In this document: in pieces, positions 9,965 to 20,104 of the stretch
Position numbering within the stretch: the stretch's first letter is position 1
Layout of the letters: each line of letters starts with the position of its first letter
NCBI GenBank assembly: GCA_963719125.1
Contig: CAVRAT010000007.1
Location: forward strand, 63,859-127,858
DNA length: 64,000 bases
Direction of reading: 5' to 3'
DNA from: an uncultured Acidimicrobiaceae bacterium
GTDB taxonomy: Bacteria > Actinomycetota > Acidimicrobiia > Acidimicrobiales > Bog-793
Program-made: the position numbers and the translations under genes
The notes under the pieces: generated by a model
What the model saw: only the letters and a program-made list of their open reading frames with translations
Databases searched by the model: none
Told to the model about the DNA's origin: nothing

Positions 9965-11092
9965 CTAACGGGGGCCGCCCATGGTGACGGCGACCTGCCT
10001 GTGAAGGCGGCCGAAGTTGTAGTAGGCCGCACACGCCCCCTCGGAGGAGACCATGCAGGTGCCGATGGGGGTCTCGGGAGTGCACGCGGTGCCGAACACC
10101 TTGCACTCCCACGGCTTGATGGCACCCTTCAGCACCTCGCCGCACTGGCAGGCCTTCGGGTCCGGGACACGCACGCCCGGCACGTCGAAAAGGAGCTCCG
10201 CGTCCCACCTGGCGAACTGCGGGCGCAGCTTGAGGGCGCTCTCGGGTATGAAGCCCAGGCCACGCCACTCGAACTGCGGCCGGACCTCGAAGACCTCGCT
10301 CATGATTGCAAGCGCCCGCGGATTGCCGGCCTCGCTCACACAGCGCGTGTACTGGTTCTCCACACAACAGCGGCCCTCGCTGAACTGAGTCAGAAGCATC
10401 GCTATCGCCTGGAGGATGTCGAGCGGCTCGAAACCAGCCGTCACGAAGGGCTTGCCGTACTCGTCCGCGACGAACCGGTACAGGAGCTGGCCGACAACCG
10501 TCGACACGTGACCGGGCCCGATGAACCCGTCGAGGCGGAGGTCGGGGGACTCGAGGATGGCCCTGAGCGGGGGAACGATCGTCACGTGGTTTGAGAAGAT
10601 GCTGAAGTTCATGACCGCGTCCTTCCTCGCCTTCAGCACCGTTGCCGCGGTCGAAGGAGCCGTGGTCTCAAAGCCAACGGCGAAGAACACGACGGGCCGC
10701 TCGGGGTTCTCGGCGGCGATCCGCAGGGCATCGAGCGGCGAGTAGACGACCCGGACATCGGCTCCCTGCGCCTTGGCACCGAGCAGACTGCCCTTTGAGC
10801 CGGGCACGCGCATCATGTCGCCGAAGGAGGTGAAGATGACCCCGGGCACCTGCGCCACCGCGACGGCGTCGTCGATGCGACCCATCGGGATCACGCACAC
10901 GGGGCACCCGGGGCCGTGCACCAGCTCGACCGACGTCGGGAGAAGGTGCTCGATCCCGTGACGGTAGATCGTGTGCGTGTGGCCGCCGCAGACCTCCATG
11001 AACTTGTAGTGCCCATCTCCTGCGAGCTCGGTGATACGGGACACGAGGGCGCGCGCCGCCGCGGGGTCCCGGTACTCATCGACGAATCGCAT
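9965..11092 (-). CDS. hypD: Hydrogenase formation protein HypD
   Basis: MEVCGGHTH, GPGCPVCV, GFETT, PGHVS, CQCGEVLKG, CMVSSEGACAAYY. Confidence 0.98.
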   Translation of the reverse strand: MRFVDEYRDPAAARALVSRITELAGDGHYKFMEVCGGHTHTIYRHGIEHLLPTSVELVHGPGCPVCVIPMGRIDDAVAVAQVPGVIFTSFGDMMRVPGSKGSLLGAKAQGADVRVVYSPLDALRIAAENPERPVVFFAVGFETTAPSTAATVLKARKDAVMNFSIFSNHVTIVPPLRAILESPDLRLDGFIGPGHVSTVVGQLLYRFVADEYGKPFVTAGFEPLDILQAIAMLLTQFSEGRCCVENQYTRCVSEAGNPRALAIMSEVFEVRPQFEWRGLGFIPESALKLRPQFARWDAELLFDVPGVRVPDPKACQCGEVLKGAIKPWECKVFGTACTPETPIGTCMVSSEGACAAYYNFGRLHRQVAVTMGGPR

Positions 11093-11182
11093 GACATTCC
11101 TCCCTTGTCTGCACGCGAAGCGCCGGAATCCCCGCAGCCGCCGCGACTGCGGTGGCTTCAGCCGCGCCCGCCCCCACCGCCA

Positions 11183-11455
11183 CTACGCGATCTGCGATTC
11201 GATGACCGCTTGAACCTCGTCGGTGTAGGCCTGACCCATCAGCTGGAGGCTCGCCAGAGCTCGTTGCGCCTCGGCCTCGTCGATCTTCGCCATGGCAAAG
11301 CCGACGTGGATGAGAACCCAGTCGCCCGGCGCCACGTTCTCGTCCTCCAACAGGTCGATGTTGATGTTGCGCCGCACGCCGGCGACGTCAACTTTCGCCA
11401 AGTGTGTGTTCGAGTCAAGAAGCTCGACTACCTCACCGGGGATCCCGAGACACAT
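11183..11455 (-). CDS. hypC: Hydrogenase formation chaperone HypC
   Basis: Begins MCLGIPG with a GGAGGA RBS; GDWVLIHVGFAM motif. Confidence 0.97.
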   Translation of the reverse strand: MCLGIPGEVVELLDSNTHLAKVDVAGVRRNINIDLLEDENVAPGDWVLIHVGFAMAKIDEAEAQRALASLQLMGQAYTDEVQAVIESQIA

Positions 11456-11706
11456 CGCTTCCTCCTCCAAACCCGACACTCGACGAGCTCGAGGATCAGA
11501 TCGCTCCCGCCCCTTGTGTAACGAGACTACCGGGCCCGGCGAGGGCGAAAAGCCGCGTGCCCCAGTCGGCGTGACCGTGGGGCGGGCCTGCGTACGCAAC
11601 AGCTGATCACGCACCGGGACCGTCCGGACACTATCCGTCAACATTCCAGTTGCGATGCGGGTACGATCTGAGCACATAGTCGCCTGAGTGACGCGTTGGG
11701 AGCAGC

Positions 11707-12180
11707 GTGAGCTTTGACCGTGAAGTTCGAACCGGGCGGGCCGTAGGTGCGGGTCGTCGCCCAACCGGGCCCGTGGTCAGCCTCGTGATCATCGTCGGTG
11801 CCGCCCTGCTCCTCACCTCAGCGGCCATCCATCTCCACCTTTGGGCCAATGGCTACAGGTACAAAGCGACTATCGGACCGCTGTTCTTCGCCCAAGGTTG
11901 CGTCGGCATCCTGCTCTCGGTGCTGATCTCGCTCATCAGGCGGATCTTCGTCACTGTGCTCGGAGCCCTGTTCGACGCCGGGACGATCACTGCCCTGCTC
12001 GTGTCGGTCCATGTCGGGCTGTTCGGCTACCACACCGACATGAGCGCGCCTTGGGCGAAGACGTCGGTCGTCATCGAAGCGGCGTCGGCCGTCGTGCTCC
12101 TCGTCGGCGGAGCAGTTTCGGTGTGGGTCGAAAGGGCTCACATCCGGCGCTGGCGATCGCTCAAGACACCTGCGACCTGA
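11707..12180 (+). CDS. Hypothetical integral membrane protein
   Basis: About four hydrophobic segments; SAAIHLHLW..GYR...IGPLF pattern recalled from actinobacterial membrane proteins. Confidence 0.7.
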   Translation: MSFDREVRTGRAVGAGRRPTGPVVSLVIIVGAALLLTSAAIHLHLWANGYRYKATIGPLFFAQGCVGILLSVLISLIRRIFVTVLGALFDAGTITALLVSVHVGLFGYHTDMSAPWAKTSVVIEAASAVVLLVGGAVSVWVERAHIRRWRSLKTPAT

Positions 12181-12185
12181 GCCTG

Positions 12186-12629
12186 TCAGGTATTGCCGCT
12201 TATCCGCTGCGGCGTCACGAACACGGCCGTGCGCCCTTCAGCTTGCATTACCCGGTCGAACTCGTCCCAATCCTGGTGAGTGCCGCCGGCGGCGGCGTAA
12301 ACACGCCGGAGCACCCTCGCTAGCTGAGCAGCACCGAAGTCCTCGAGCCGGTCCTCCGGCCCCACGAGCCGGACCGGGCCTTCCACGGCGACCCAGTCCG
12401 CGCCATGGCGGAACACGGCCGCTGCCCGGCCGCTTTCGCGCATGTGCTGAAGCTTGCGGGCGCCCCCGGCCGCGACAAAGCCGACACAGGCCTCCCCGGT
12501 GTCGGGGAAGTCGAGCACGCCGGCTCTCACGACAGATGCGTGGATCGTCCCGTCGGACCGGGTCGTCGTAACTACAGCCAGGGAGTCTTTCCTGGCGAGG
12601 CTCCGGACGTCGTCTAGGTCGTTGGGCAT
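12186..12629 (-). CDS. PPOX-class (pyridoxamine oxidase-like) putative F420-dependent oxidoreductase
   Basis: AVVTTTRSDG..HASVV, WVAVEG, AAGGTHQDWDEFDRVM..EGR. GGAGGA RBS before ATG 12629. Confidence 0.88.
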   Translation of the reverse strand: MPNDLDDVRSLARKDSLAVVTTTRSDGTIHASVVRAGVLDFPDTGEACVGFVAAGGARKLQHMRESGRAAAVFRHGADWVAVEGPVRLVGPEDRLEDFGAAQLARVLRRVYAAAGGTHQDWDEFDRVMQAEGRTAVFVTPQRISGNT

Positions 12630-12758
12630 CGCTCCTCCTCTATCGCTTCGTGCATGATGCCTCAGCGTCGGGGCCGGCGTCGGCCCGTTTGCGCCGGGGC
12701 CCCTGCCCACAGGCCGCCAGGCGAGTGTGCTCGTCGCAAGCCGCTAGCGTCCCGCGAC

Positions 12759-13292
12759 ATGACAGGCACGTGGACAGCTCCACCAGTCGAGCGGACCGAA
12801 CCCGCTCGCGGTGCCGGCGAGCGTGAATCTCTCGAGCAGTGGTTGGACTTCCACCGCGCGACGCTCCTCATGAAATGTGCCGGCCTCAGCTCGGACCAGC
12901 TGAAGGCACGGGCCGTCTCGCCGTCGGGACTGTCGTTGCTCGGACTGGTCCGTCACATGGTCGAGGTCGAGCGTTGGTGGTTCCGCATGCACGCCGGCAA
13001 CGAGCAGATCGGCTTCGAGTACTGCACCGACGCAACCGACAGCTCCGACTTCGACGATCTCGAGGAGGCCGATGCGGCAGCCGACCTCGAGACCTTTCGG
13101 CGGGAGGTTGGCTCAGCGCGCGCTGCGGTGCACGACAAGGATCTCGACGACGTCGTGCCGAGCCGCGGCCATCACCCTGAGCAAGTGCGCAACATACGGT
13201 GGATATACCTCCACATGATCGAGGAGTACGCGCGACACAACGGGCACGCCGACCTGATCCGCGAGTGCATAGACGGCGCGGTCGGAGACTGA
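12759..13292 (+). CDS. DinB family protein (DUF664-like)
   Basis: WLDFHRATLLMKCAGL, SLLGLVRHMVEVERWW, HMIEEYARHNGHADLIRE. Confidence 0.92.
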   Translation: MTGTWTAPPVERTEPARGAGERESLEQWLDFHRATLLMKCAGLSSDQLKARAVSPSGLSLLGLVRHMVEVERWWFRMHAGNEQIGFEYCTDATDSSDFDDLEEADAAADLETFRREVGSARAAVHDKDLDDVVPSRGHHPEQVRNIRWIYLHMIEEYARHNGHADLIRECIDGAVGD

Positions 13293-13343
13293 TAGGTCAT
13301 GCTGGTGACCGCCTGTAGGAAGTCAACTGAGGGTCGGTCGAGA

Positions 13344-14408
13344 ATGTCTCGCAAATCCCTGTTGGGACGCACCGCTCTGTCCGCTCTGGTCGCCTCCGGC
13401 GTCATGACGTTGGTGACGATGGCTTGGCCGGTCGTGCCGGCATCGGCGGGCACCGCCCACGCACAGCCCGGCAAAGGCCTCGTCGGTGTGATCGTCGAAC
13501 CCTCCAAGCTCGGCCTCACGACCGGCATGACGCCGGTCTACGACTTCGTGCTCTCGGCGAAGAAGTCGGTCGACATGACCATGTACGAGCTTGTCGACCC
13601 GACGATGGTGAGCGATCTCGTCGCGGACGAGAAGCGCCACGTGAACGTACGCGTGATCCTCGACACCAACCGCGAGGCGAGCCGCAACGGGACCGCTTTC
13701 CGGACCCTCACCGCAGGCGGCGTCAGGGTTGTTTGGGCCGACACCGCTTACGAGGCGACGCATCAAAAGACCATCACGGTCGACGATTCCGAGTCGCTGA
13801 TACTGTCCGCAAACCTCACCGCCGAGTACTACGCGACGACCCGTGACTTCGGCGTCTTCGACACCGCCCCCAAGGATGTCGCGGCCATCGAGGCCGTCTT
13901 CGACTCGGACTTCGCGCACGAGCCCGTCAAGCCTTCCGACGGTTCCGACCTCGTCTGGAGCCCAGGCTCGCAGGCCCAGATGCTCTCGGTGATCGACGGC
14001 GCCCACCACAGCCTGTCGATAGAGAACGAGGAGATGGGCGACTCGACGATCACCGATGTCATCGTGGCTGCGGCAAGGCGCGGAGTGAACGTCGAGGTCA
14101 CCATGACGCGGGACAGCTCCTACGACGCCGACTGGAGCGCGATCGTCAGTGCCGGGGGTCACGTACACCTCTACAACGAGGGCTACTCGGATCTGTACAT
14201 CCATGCGAAGACAACCATTGCCGATGCCGGCTTCTCCGATCAGAGGATCTACGTCGGGAGCATCAACTTCTCTCGCGCCTCGATGGACGACAACCGCGAG
14301 CTCGGTGTCATCACGACTGACGCGAAGATCGTCAACGACATCAACGTGGTCGTGACAGGGGACTATTCCGACTGCACCGCGGCCACGGACTGCAGCAACT
14401 ACGACTGA
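13344..14408 (+). CDS. Secreted phospholipase D-like protein (two HKD motifs)
   Basis: Signal peptide; HQKTITVDD and HAKTTIAD motifs; GSINFS...NRELG. Confidence 0.88.
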   Translation: MSRKSLLGRTALSALVASGVMTLVTMAWPVVPASAGTAHAQPGKGLVGVIVEPSKLGLTTGMTPVYDFVLSAKKSVDMTMYELVDPTMVSDLVADEKRHVNVRVILDTNREASRNGTAFRTLTAGGVRVVWADTAYEATHQKTITVDDSESLILSANLTAEYYATTRDFGVFDTAPKDVAAIEAVFDSDFAHEPVKPSDGSDLVWSPGSQAQMLSVIDGAHHSLSIENEEMGDSTITDVIVAAARRGVNVEVTMTRDSSYDADWSAIVSAGGHVHLYNEGYSDLYIHAKTTIADAGFSDQRIYVGSINFSRASMDDNRELGVITTDAKIVNDINVVVTGDYSDCTAATDCSNYD

Positions 14409-14460
14409 CCACACGACGGCCCACGATGGGTGGGCGCCTACCCGAAGCCATGGGAGCGAG

Positions 14461-16434
14461 ATGAGGACACCGGAAAGGTGGCAGGGTTCCCTCCGGCGCT
14501 TGAGCCCCGGACGCGGCGCTTACCGACCGGATCGCGGCGATGGCTGGGCACGCTTCATGCCCTTTGCCTCGACCCATGACCCCGCGACAACGGAGAGACG
14601 ATCGATCGGGGTGCCGGCCGCGCAGGGTGACACCGTCGTCGACGCACTGATTGCCAACGGCCAGCGGATCCCCGACCGGCCGGCGATGCGCCATTGCCCG
14701 GCCGAGCGCCGCAGCGAGGGGGAGTGGCAGGCAATCACCTGGGCCGAGTACCTGCTGGCGGCCCGCCAGATCGCCGCGGGCCTGGCCGAGCTCGGAGTCG
14801 GCCGGGGCGGGCGGGTCGCGATCCTGTCGGCCAACCGGGTGGAGTGGCACCTCGCGGACCTCGGGACCCTTCTGAACGGAGCCGTGACGGTGCCCGTTTA
14901 CCCGACGAGCTCACCGTCTCAGGTCGCCTACATCCTCGGGCACGCACAGGTCGAAGTGTGCTTGGTGGACACCCGCGCCCAGCTGGGCAAGCTCATCGGA
15001 ATTCGCGACCAGTTGCCCGCGCTCAAGCGGGCGATCATCGCCGACGGCGCCAGGCGGGCGGGTGACTCCTTCGTCGTCAGCTTTGACGCGCTCCGGGGTG
15101 CCGGCGCGGACCGGCTGAGGCGTGATCCCGGCTCTCTCGATGCGCTGTCCCGTCGGGTCCGGCCCGAGGACCTCGCGACGATCGTGTACACGAGCGGCAC
15201 CAGTGGCCCTCCGCGAGGGGCAATGCTCACCCACTCGAACATCATGTGGGTGCTGCGTAACGTCACGCCCGTCTATGACATCGGCGAGAGCGACCGACTC
15301 CTTTCCTTCCTGCCTCTCAGCCACATAGCCGAGCGCATGATGAGCGACTTCCTGCCGATAGCCGTGGGCGGCGAGACCTGGTTCGCCCGCAACATCGCCA
15401 CCGTCGCCGAGGACCTCCCGGCATGTCGGCCAACCGTGTTCCTGGCGGTGCCACGGATCTGGGAGAAGCTCCGTGAAACAGTGGAGAGCCGAGTGCGGGC
15501 CCAAGCGCCACCGGTGCGCGCTGTCGTGCAGCGCTATGTCGACCTCGGCCTGCGCAAGGTCGCCTGCGAACAGGGAGGCTCCGCCATCAACGGATCCGCG
15601 CTCGCCCTCCATCGAGCCCTCGACCTGACGGTGGGGGTGACCCTGCGCCAGATGCTCGGCCTCGACAGGGCCCGCGTCCTGATCACGACCGCGGCACCCG
15701 CTCATCCCGAGCTCATCAGCTGGTTCCACGCCGTCGGGCTGCCTCTCCTCCAGCTGTACGGCCAGACGGAGGGCTGCGGCCCGACGGCCGCCAACCGAAC
15801 CGCTCGCGAACGGATCGGCACCGTGGGCACTGCTCTTCCGGGAACGAGCGTCAGGATCGCTGACGATGACGAGATCCTCGTGAAGGGCGACAACGTGTGC
15901 CTGGGCTACTGGAACGACCCCGAAGCGACGGCCGAGCTGATCGACTCCGACGGCTGGATGCACACCGGCGACACAGGAGCTCTCGGCGCTGACGGGTCCT
16001 TGCGCATCCTCGGCCGGAAGAAGGACATCATCATCACGGCGGCCGGCGAGAACATCGCCCCGGAGCCGATAGAGGTCGACCTCACCAACCACCCTCTCAT
16101 CTCCGAGGCGGTCGTGGTCGGAGAAGGACAGCGGTACCTCGCCGCCCTTCTCACCCTCGACGCCGATGCGCTCACGCGCTGGGCGCGACGACACAACAAG
16201 CTCGGTGATCTCGAGGCTCTCGCCGCCGACCCCGACCTGCTCACCAAGATCCAAGCCGCCATCGATCAGGTGAATGCCAAGCGGTCGCGTGCGGAGGCGA
16301 TCCGCAAGTTCCGCGTCCTGGCCCATGTGCTGACAGCCGAGGACGGGGAGCTGACCCCGACGATGAAGGTCAAACGAAGCATCGTGTACGAGCACCATGC
16401 GGACGTGATCGCCGAGCTTTACTCCGGCGGGTGA
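14461..16434 (+). CDS. Long-chain fatty acid-CoA ligase (AMP-dependent synthetase)
   Basis: YTSGTSGPPRG, YGQTE, GWMHTGD, GRKKDIIITAAGENIAP, ELTPTMKVKR. Alternative start at 14557. Confidence 0.93.
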   Translation: MRTPERWQGSLRRLSPGRGAYRPDRGDGWARFMPFASTHDPATTERRSIGVPAAQGDTVVDALIANGQRIPDRPAMRHCPAERRSEGEWQAITWAEYLLAARQIAAGLAELGVGRGGRVAILSANRVEWHLADLGTLLNGAVTVPVYPTSSPSQVAYILGHAQVEVCLVDTRAQLGKLIGIRDQLPALKRAIIADGARRAGDSFVVSFDALRGAGADRLRRDPGSLDALSRRVRPEDLATIVYTSGTSGPPRGAMLTHSNIMWVLRNVTPVYDIGESDRLLSFLPLSHIAERMMSDFLPIAVGGETWFARNIATVAEDLPACRPTVFLAVPRIWEKLRETVESRVRAQAPPVRAVVQRYVDLGLRKVACEQGGSAINGSALALHRALDLTVGVTLRQMLGLDRARVLITTAAPAHPELISWFHAVGLPLLQLYGQTEGCGPTAANRTARERIGTVGTALPGTSVRIADDDEILVKGDNVCLGYWNDPEATAELIDSDGWMHTGDTGALGADGSLRILGRKKDIIITAAGENIAPEPIEVDLTNHPLISEAVVVGEGQRYLAALLTLDADALTRWARRHNKLGDLEALAADPDLLTKIQAAIDQVNAKRSRAEAIRKFRVLAHVLTAEDGELTPTMKVKRSIVYEHHADVIAELYSGG

Positions 16435-16472
16435 ACCTCGCGTCGCCGACCCGGTGACTATCGTCTCGCTCG

Positions 16473-17952
16473 ATGCCGAACCACAAAACGCCGCCAACGC
16501 TCGGCCGTGCCCGGTCCGGGCGTCTCTTGGTGCTCGTGGTCGTCGCCACTCTGCTCTCCGTATTGGCGGCGCGCGCAACCGGGCCGGCGGCCGCGGGGCA
16601 GCCGATCGCCAGGCTTGGCGAAGCCCTGCTCGCTCCATCTGCCGCGCGTAGGTCCGTGCAGGCGCCACGAAACCTGCAAGACGTCGCCGGCGCGCCGATC
16701 CCCTTCGGGGCGGCGCAGTATTTCGGCACGCTCGCGCTGAAGGACGCGAGTTACGGAATGGCGGCTATGGCCGCCAGCCAGAACGGACGCGGCTACCTGC
16801 TCGTGACCGGCAGCGGCGGCGTCTTCGGTTTCGGTGATGCCAGGTTCCACGGCAAGGTCGCCGTCTGGCACAAAGCTCATGTGGTCGCGATCGCCGAGAC
16901 CGGCAACGGAGGCGGCTACTGGCTGGCGTGCGCGAGTGGCCAAGTCTTCAGCTTCGGTGACGCCAGGTTCCACGGCTCGCCCGGCGGCCAGCTCAGCACT
17001 CCCATCGTCGCCATGGCGGCCACGCCAGGCGGCCGCGGCTACTGGCTCGCGGCCTCCGGCGGGCGCGTCTTCGCTTACGGAGACGCCGAGGTCTACGGTT
17101 CGGCGACCCCTGAGCTCCACGGTGATCACATCGTGGCCATGGCGGCCACCCTCGACGGCAAAGGCTACTGGCTCGTCACTTCGCGCGGCCGCGTCTTCGG
17201 TTACGGCGACGCCCACCCCTATGGCTCGGCAACCGGTGAGCTCGGCGACGACCGCATCGTGGCCATGGCGGCCACCCCCGACGCCAAGGGCTACTGGCTG
17301 GTCGCGTCGCACGGGGCGCGTCTTCCACTACGGCGACGCCCACTCCTACGGCTCGGCGGCCGGTGAGCTCGGCAGCGATCGCATCGTCGCCATGGCGGAC
17401 ACGCCCGACGGGAGGGGCTACTGGCTGCTGGCGTCGATCCCGCCACCCGTGGGACTCCCGTCACCTGGCCCGGGATTCCTCGCCGGCCACGTAACGGCGA
17501 TCGGTGACTCGGTGATGCTCGACGCCGAACCCGCCCTGGAGGCGGACATCCCGGGCATTGACGTCGAAGCGGCCGTCAGCCGCCAATGGGATGCGGGCAT
17601 CGCTCTCGCCCAGCAGCTCAAGTCCGAAGGCCGCCTCGGGGCGATTGTCGTGATCGACCTGGGCACCAACGGACCCGTGAGCGCGCAGCAGTTCACGGAG
17701 ATGATGAATGTTCTCGCCGGCGCCTCGCGTGTCGTGTTCGTCACCGTGCATCTGCCTCCCGATTACTCCTGGGCGAACTCGGTGAACGTCACCTTGGCAC
17801 AGGGAGTCCAGAGGTACCCACGGGACCGGCTCGCCGACTTCAACAAGCTGGCCGACGCGAACCCGCAATGGTTTTACACAGACGGCGTTCACATGCCGAT
17901 CGGCGGCGTGGGTGCCAAAGCGATGGCCAGACTCATCGAGTCCGAGATCTGA
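16473..17952 (+). pseudogene. Secreted repeat protein fused to OatA-type SGNH domain, +1 frameshift at ~17313-17316
   Basis: ORFs 16473-17366 and 16834-17952 join into one protein if one G is removed from the G4 run (SHG-RVFHYGDA). The C-terminal part has GDSV, SRQW, LGTNG and DGVH SGNH motifs. May be an assembly error. Confidence 0.8.
16760..17430 (+). repeat. Intragenic tandem repeats of ~41-42 aa (GYWLxxSxGxVFxxGDAxxxG)
   Basis: Five full units and one partial, spaced ~123-127 bp apart. Confidence 0.9.
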
Positions 17953-18199
17953 GCACCAGGAGTCAAGGACCGGGGCAGCAGACCAGGTGCACGATCAGCC
18001 CGGGGATGCAGGGCTGGCGAGCGCAGGCATTGCGACGGTGCTCGGCCGCCCGAAAACGCTTGCAAGCCAGTCGCGCCGCCAACAGGGCCAGCTGGCTGGA
18101 CTCCCGGAGAGCACGTGCCGGAGTCGAGCCGGTCACCACGGCGGTCGACATGGAAAGCGGCACAACCACCAAGCCGGGCACCGTACTGCCACTACAGCT

Positions 18200-18602
18200 T
18201 CACGGTTTGCCGCCTGACGGCGATGGCGGAACGTGACCTGTACGAAAGCTGACGCGGCGCGACTGTGGGGCCGCCGCAAGAAGGCGCCACCCGATCATGG
18301 CGGCTCCGAGGAAACACGTCGCCACAAGGACGAAGGCCACTGCCGTCCCCTGGCCGGAGTTCGCCCTGAGGGCCATGCCGAGCGCTACGGTCGAGATCAA
18401 GACCATCAGGCCCCCCGGGACAGACGCTCCGTCGCACCGGCGTTCGGACATTACGAGCCAGCCGTCAACGAGGCCCGAGAGGAATGGCCACGAGGTCGAC
18501 GATGAGCCCGGCGACGCTGATCCCATGGGAGTGGACCACCCGACCGATCCCCACGAAAACAAGAACGGCTACTGCGTCTGCAGCCACTCTCGCCGAGCGC
18601 AT
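18200..18602 (-). pseudogene. DUF3054-like membrane protein, frameshifted at ~18503
   Basis: Frame 1 reads MRSARVAADAVAVLVFVGIGRVVHSHGISVAGL; frame 2 continues STSWPFLSGL...GMALRANSGQGTAVAFVLVA...GWR. One extra base separates them. Confidence 0.75.
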
Positions 18603-18648
18603 TCGGCGAAAAGCCAATGCCAACCGGCCCGATCCCGCGGCCGCCTGC

Positions 18649-18981
18649 TCAGGGCAGCTCAGTGCGAGAGGCGTCGGGAGACGCGGGATTGGCTCTTTTG
18701 ACCTTGCGATCGGTGAATTGTTCCGACTGACACTTTGGGCATCTCCTCAGCGCCGAGCGAATCGCCAGCTGCTCGTTTGCCTCCGATGTCAGCTGCGAGC
18801 CCTCCGCTGAAAGGGTGAGGGCACCTTCGGCGCGGGCAGGCAGCTGCCCGACTGCCCCGATCCCTCCGCCCCTGGCACGGCGCACACGGCGGCGTGGGAA
18901 ACGCGCCTGCTCACTTGTCAGCAACCATGCCGTGCCGCAGGCATCGCAGCGCCGCTCGATGAGCCGCGCTCTTCCGAACAT
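18649..18981 (-). CDS. Small hypothetical protein with two CxxC pairs (putative zinc ribbon)
   Basis: CDAC and CPKC; TACCGT 6 nt upstream of ATG 18981. Confidence 0.65.
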   Translation of the reverse strand: MFGRARLIERRCDACGTAWLLTSEQARFPRRRVRRARGGGIGAVGQLPARAEGALTLSAEGSQLTSEANEQLAIRSALRRCPKCQSEQFTDRKVKRANPASPDASRTELP

Positions 18982-19101
18982 GAGGTCACGGTACCGGTCA
19001 AGACGAGATATGCGGCGCGCAGCTTCCGGTCGTGCCGTGTCACGGAAGGTTCCGTGTTCAGTCATATGGCAGCGACGCGCGTCTTTGATCGCTTCGTGCA
19101 C

Positions 19102-19659
19102 TCACCGGCGATTCTGTCGGAGCCACTCGTACAGCAGCGCCCGGCACTGAACACAGACGAGATCACCAAGGAGCTCGCTTGCTCCGAGCGCGATCGCCGG
19201 GTAGCAAGCGCCGATGGCACGCTCCGGAATGGTCCGGTGCGGAGCCAGCTCTGCGACGACGCCGAAGACGCGCTGACTCGACGACGAGCTGTCTACATCC
19301 CAGCCCGTTCTGTTCAAAGGTTCCAGGGACAAGAAAGGGTCACCGTCGTCCAGTGCGAGCTCCCTTTGTACGATCTTCCGGGCAGTCTCTGCGATCCTGC
19401 CCGGATCCTCGAGCCTGCCCCCCGCAAAATCGAGCGTCGTCCTGCCCACGCCCGGCCTGTACACGCGTGCCGGCAGAACCATCCGGCCGCTCTGAATAGT
19501 GACAATCAGAAGCGAATCAGGCTTCTCCACCCGCCAGTACTCAAGCTCATGTCCTTCTTTGTCCTGCAACCGCTCGCCGATCATCGTCAAGAAGTGGGAA
19601 CGGATCTCCACGACCCGAGACACGACCTTCCATCGCTCCGCGTCGGCCTCTTTCGTCAT
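19102..19659 (-). CDS. NUDIX hydrolase-like protein
   Basis: EYWRVEKPDS, YRPGVG..TLDFAGGR...AETARKIVQREL (degenerate Nudix box). Confidence 0.75.
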   Translation of the reverse strand: MTKEADAERWKVVSRVVEIRSHFLTMIGERLQDKEGHELEYWRVEKPDSLLIVTIQSGRMVLPARVYRPGVGRTTLDFAGGRLEDPGRIAETARKIVQRELALDDGDPFLSLEPLNRTGWDVDSSSSSQRVFGVVAELAPHRTIPERAIGACYPAIALGASELLGDLVCVQCRALLYEWLRQNRR

Positions 19660-19829
19660 GACGTCTCGCCCGAAGAGAAGATCATGGCCTGAGGCTACAG
19701 AGGCGACCGTGAGATCGGCGGTCGATCGGCCCCACGCGGGAACGTCGGTCCTCAAGCGAGAGAATCTCGGGTGTGGCGACACACCCCAGGCAGTCCGATA
19801 AGCGGACGCCCGATCCGCTGCCGACCGAG

Positions 19830-20072
19830 ATGCGAAGAGTGACAGTCCCGACCTGCGTACGGCAATGGGTTGAGCGCCACGCCCGCGCCGGAATCGTGCG
19901 GGTGCGACAACTCCCGGGAGCGTCGTCGACCGCCGTACACGGCATCTCCTTCAACGGCGGCACGCGGCTCGTGCTGAAGAAGTATGCCTGCCACGGTTTC
20001 CTTCGAGACGCGTCGGTGGCGCCACGTCGCGAGCCGGATGCATCGCGTGCTCTCCAGGCGCGTATTCCTTGA
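19830..20072 (+). pseudogene. N-terminal fragment of an aminoglycoside phosphotransferase/kinase-like gene
   Basis: VRVRQLPGASSTAVHG...RLVLKKY...APRRE resembles an APH-family N-lobe; the ORF stops inside the arsR -35 box. Confidence 0.5.
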
Positions 20073-20098
20073 CAGACATATAACTGTTTCAGCATACT
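20069..20098 (+). promoter_or_regulatory. Sigma70-type promoter of leaderless arsR transcript, with operator-like inverted repeat
   Basis: TTGACA (20069-74), 18 nt, CATACT (20093-98), 6 nt, ATG. ACAG-N8-CTGT overlaps the -35 box and spacer. Confidence 0.7.
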
Positions 20099-20104
20099 CA
20101 TCGG

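Noticed and set aside
16760-17430. CRISPR array
   Set aside because: The periodic repeats are in-frame protein repeats with codon-level variation; no repeat-spacer structure or cas genes anywhere in the window.
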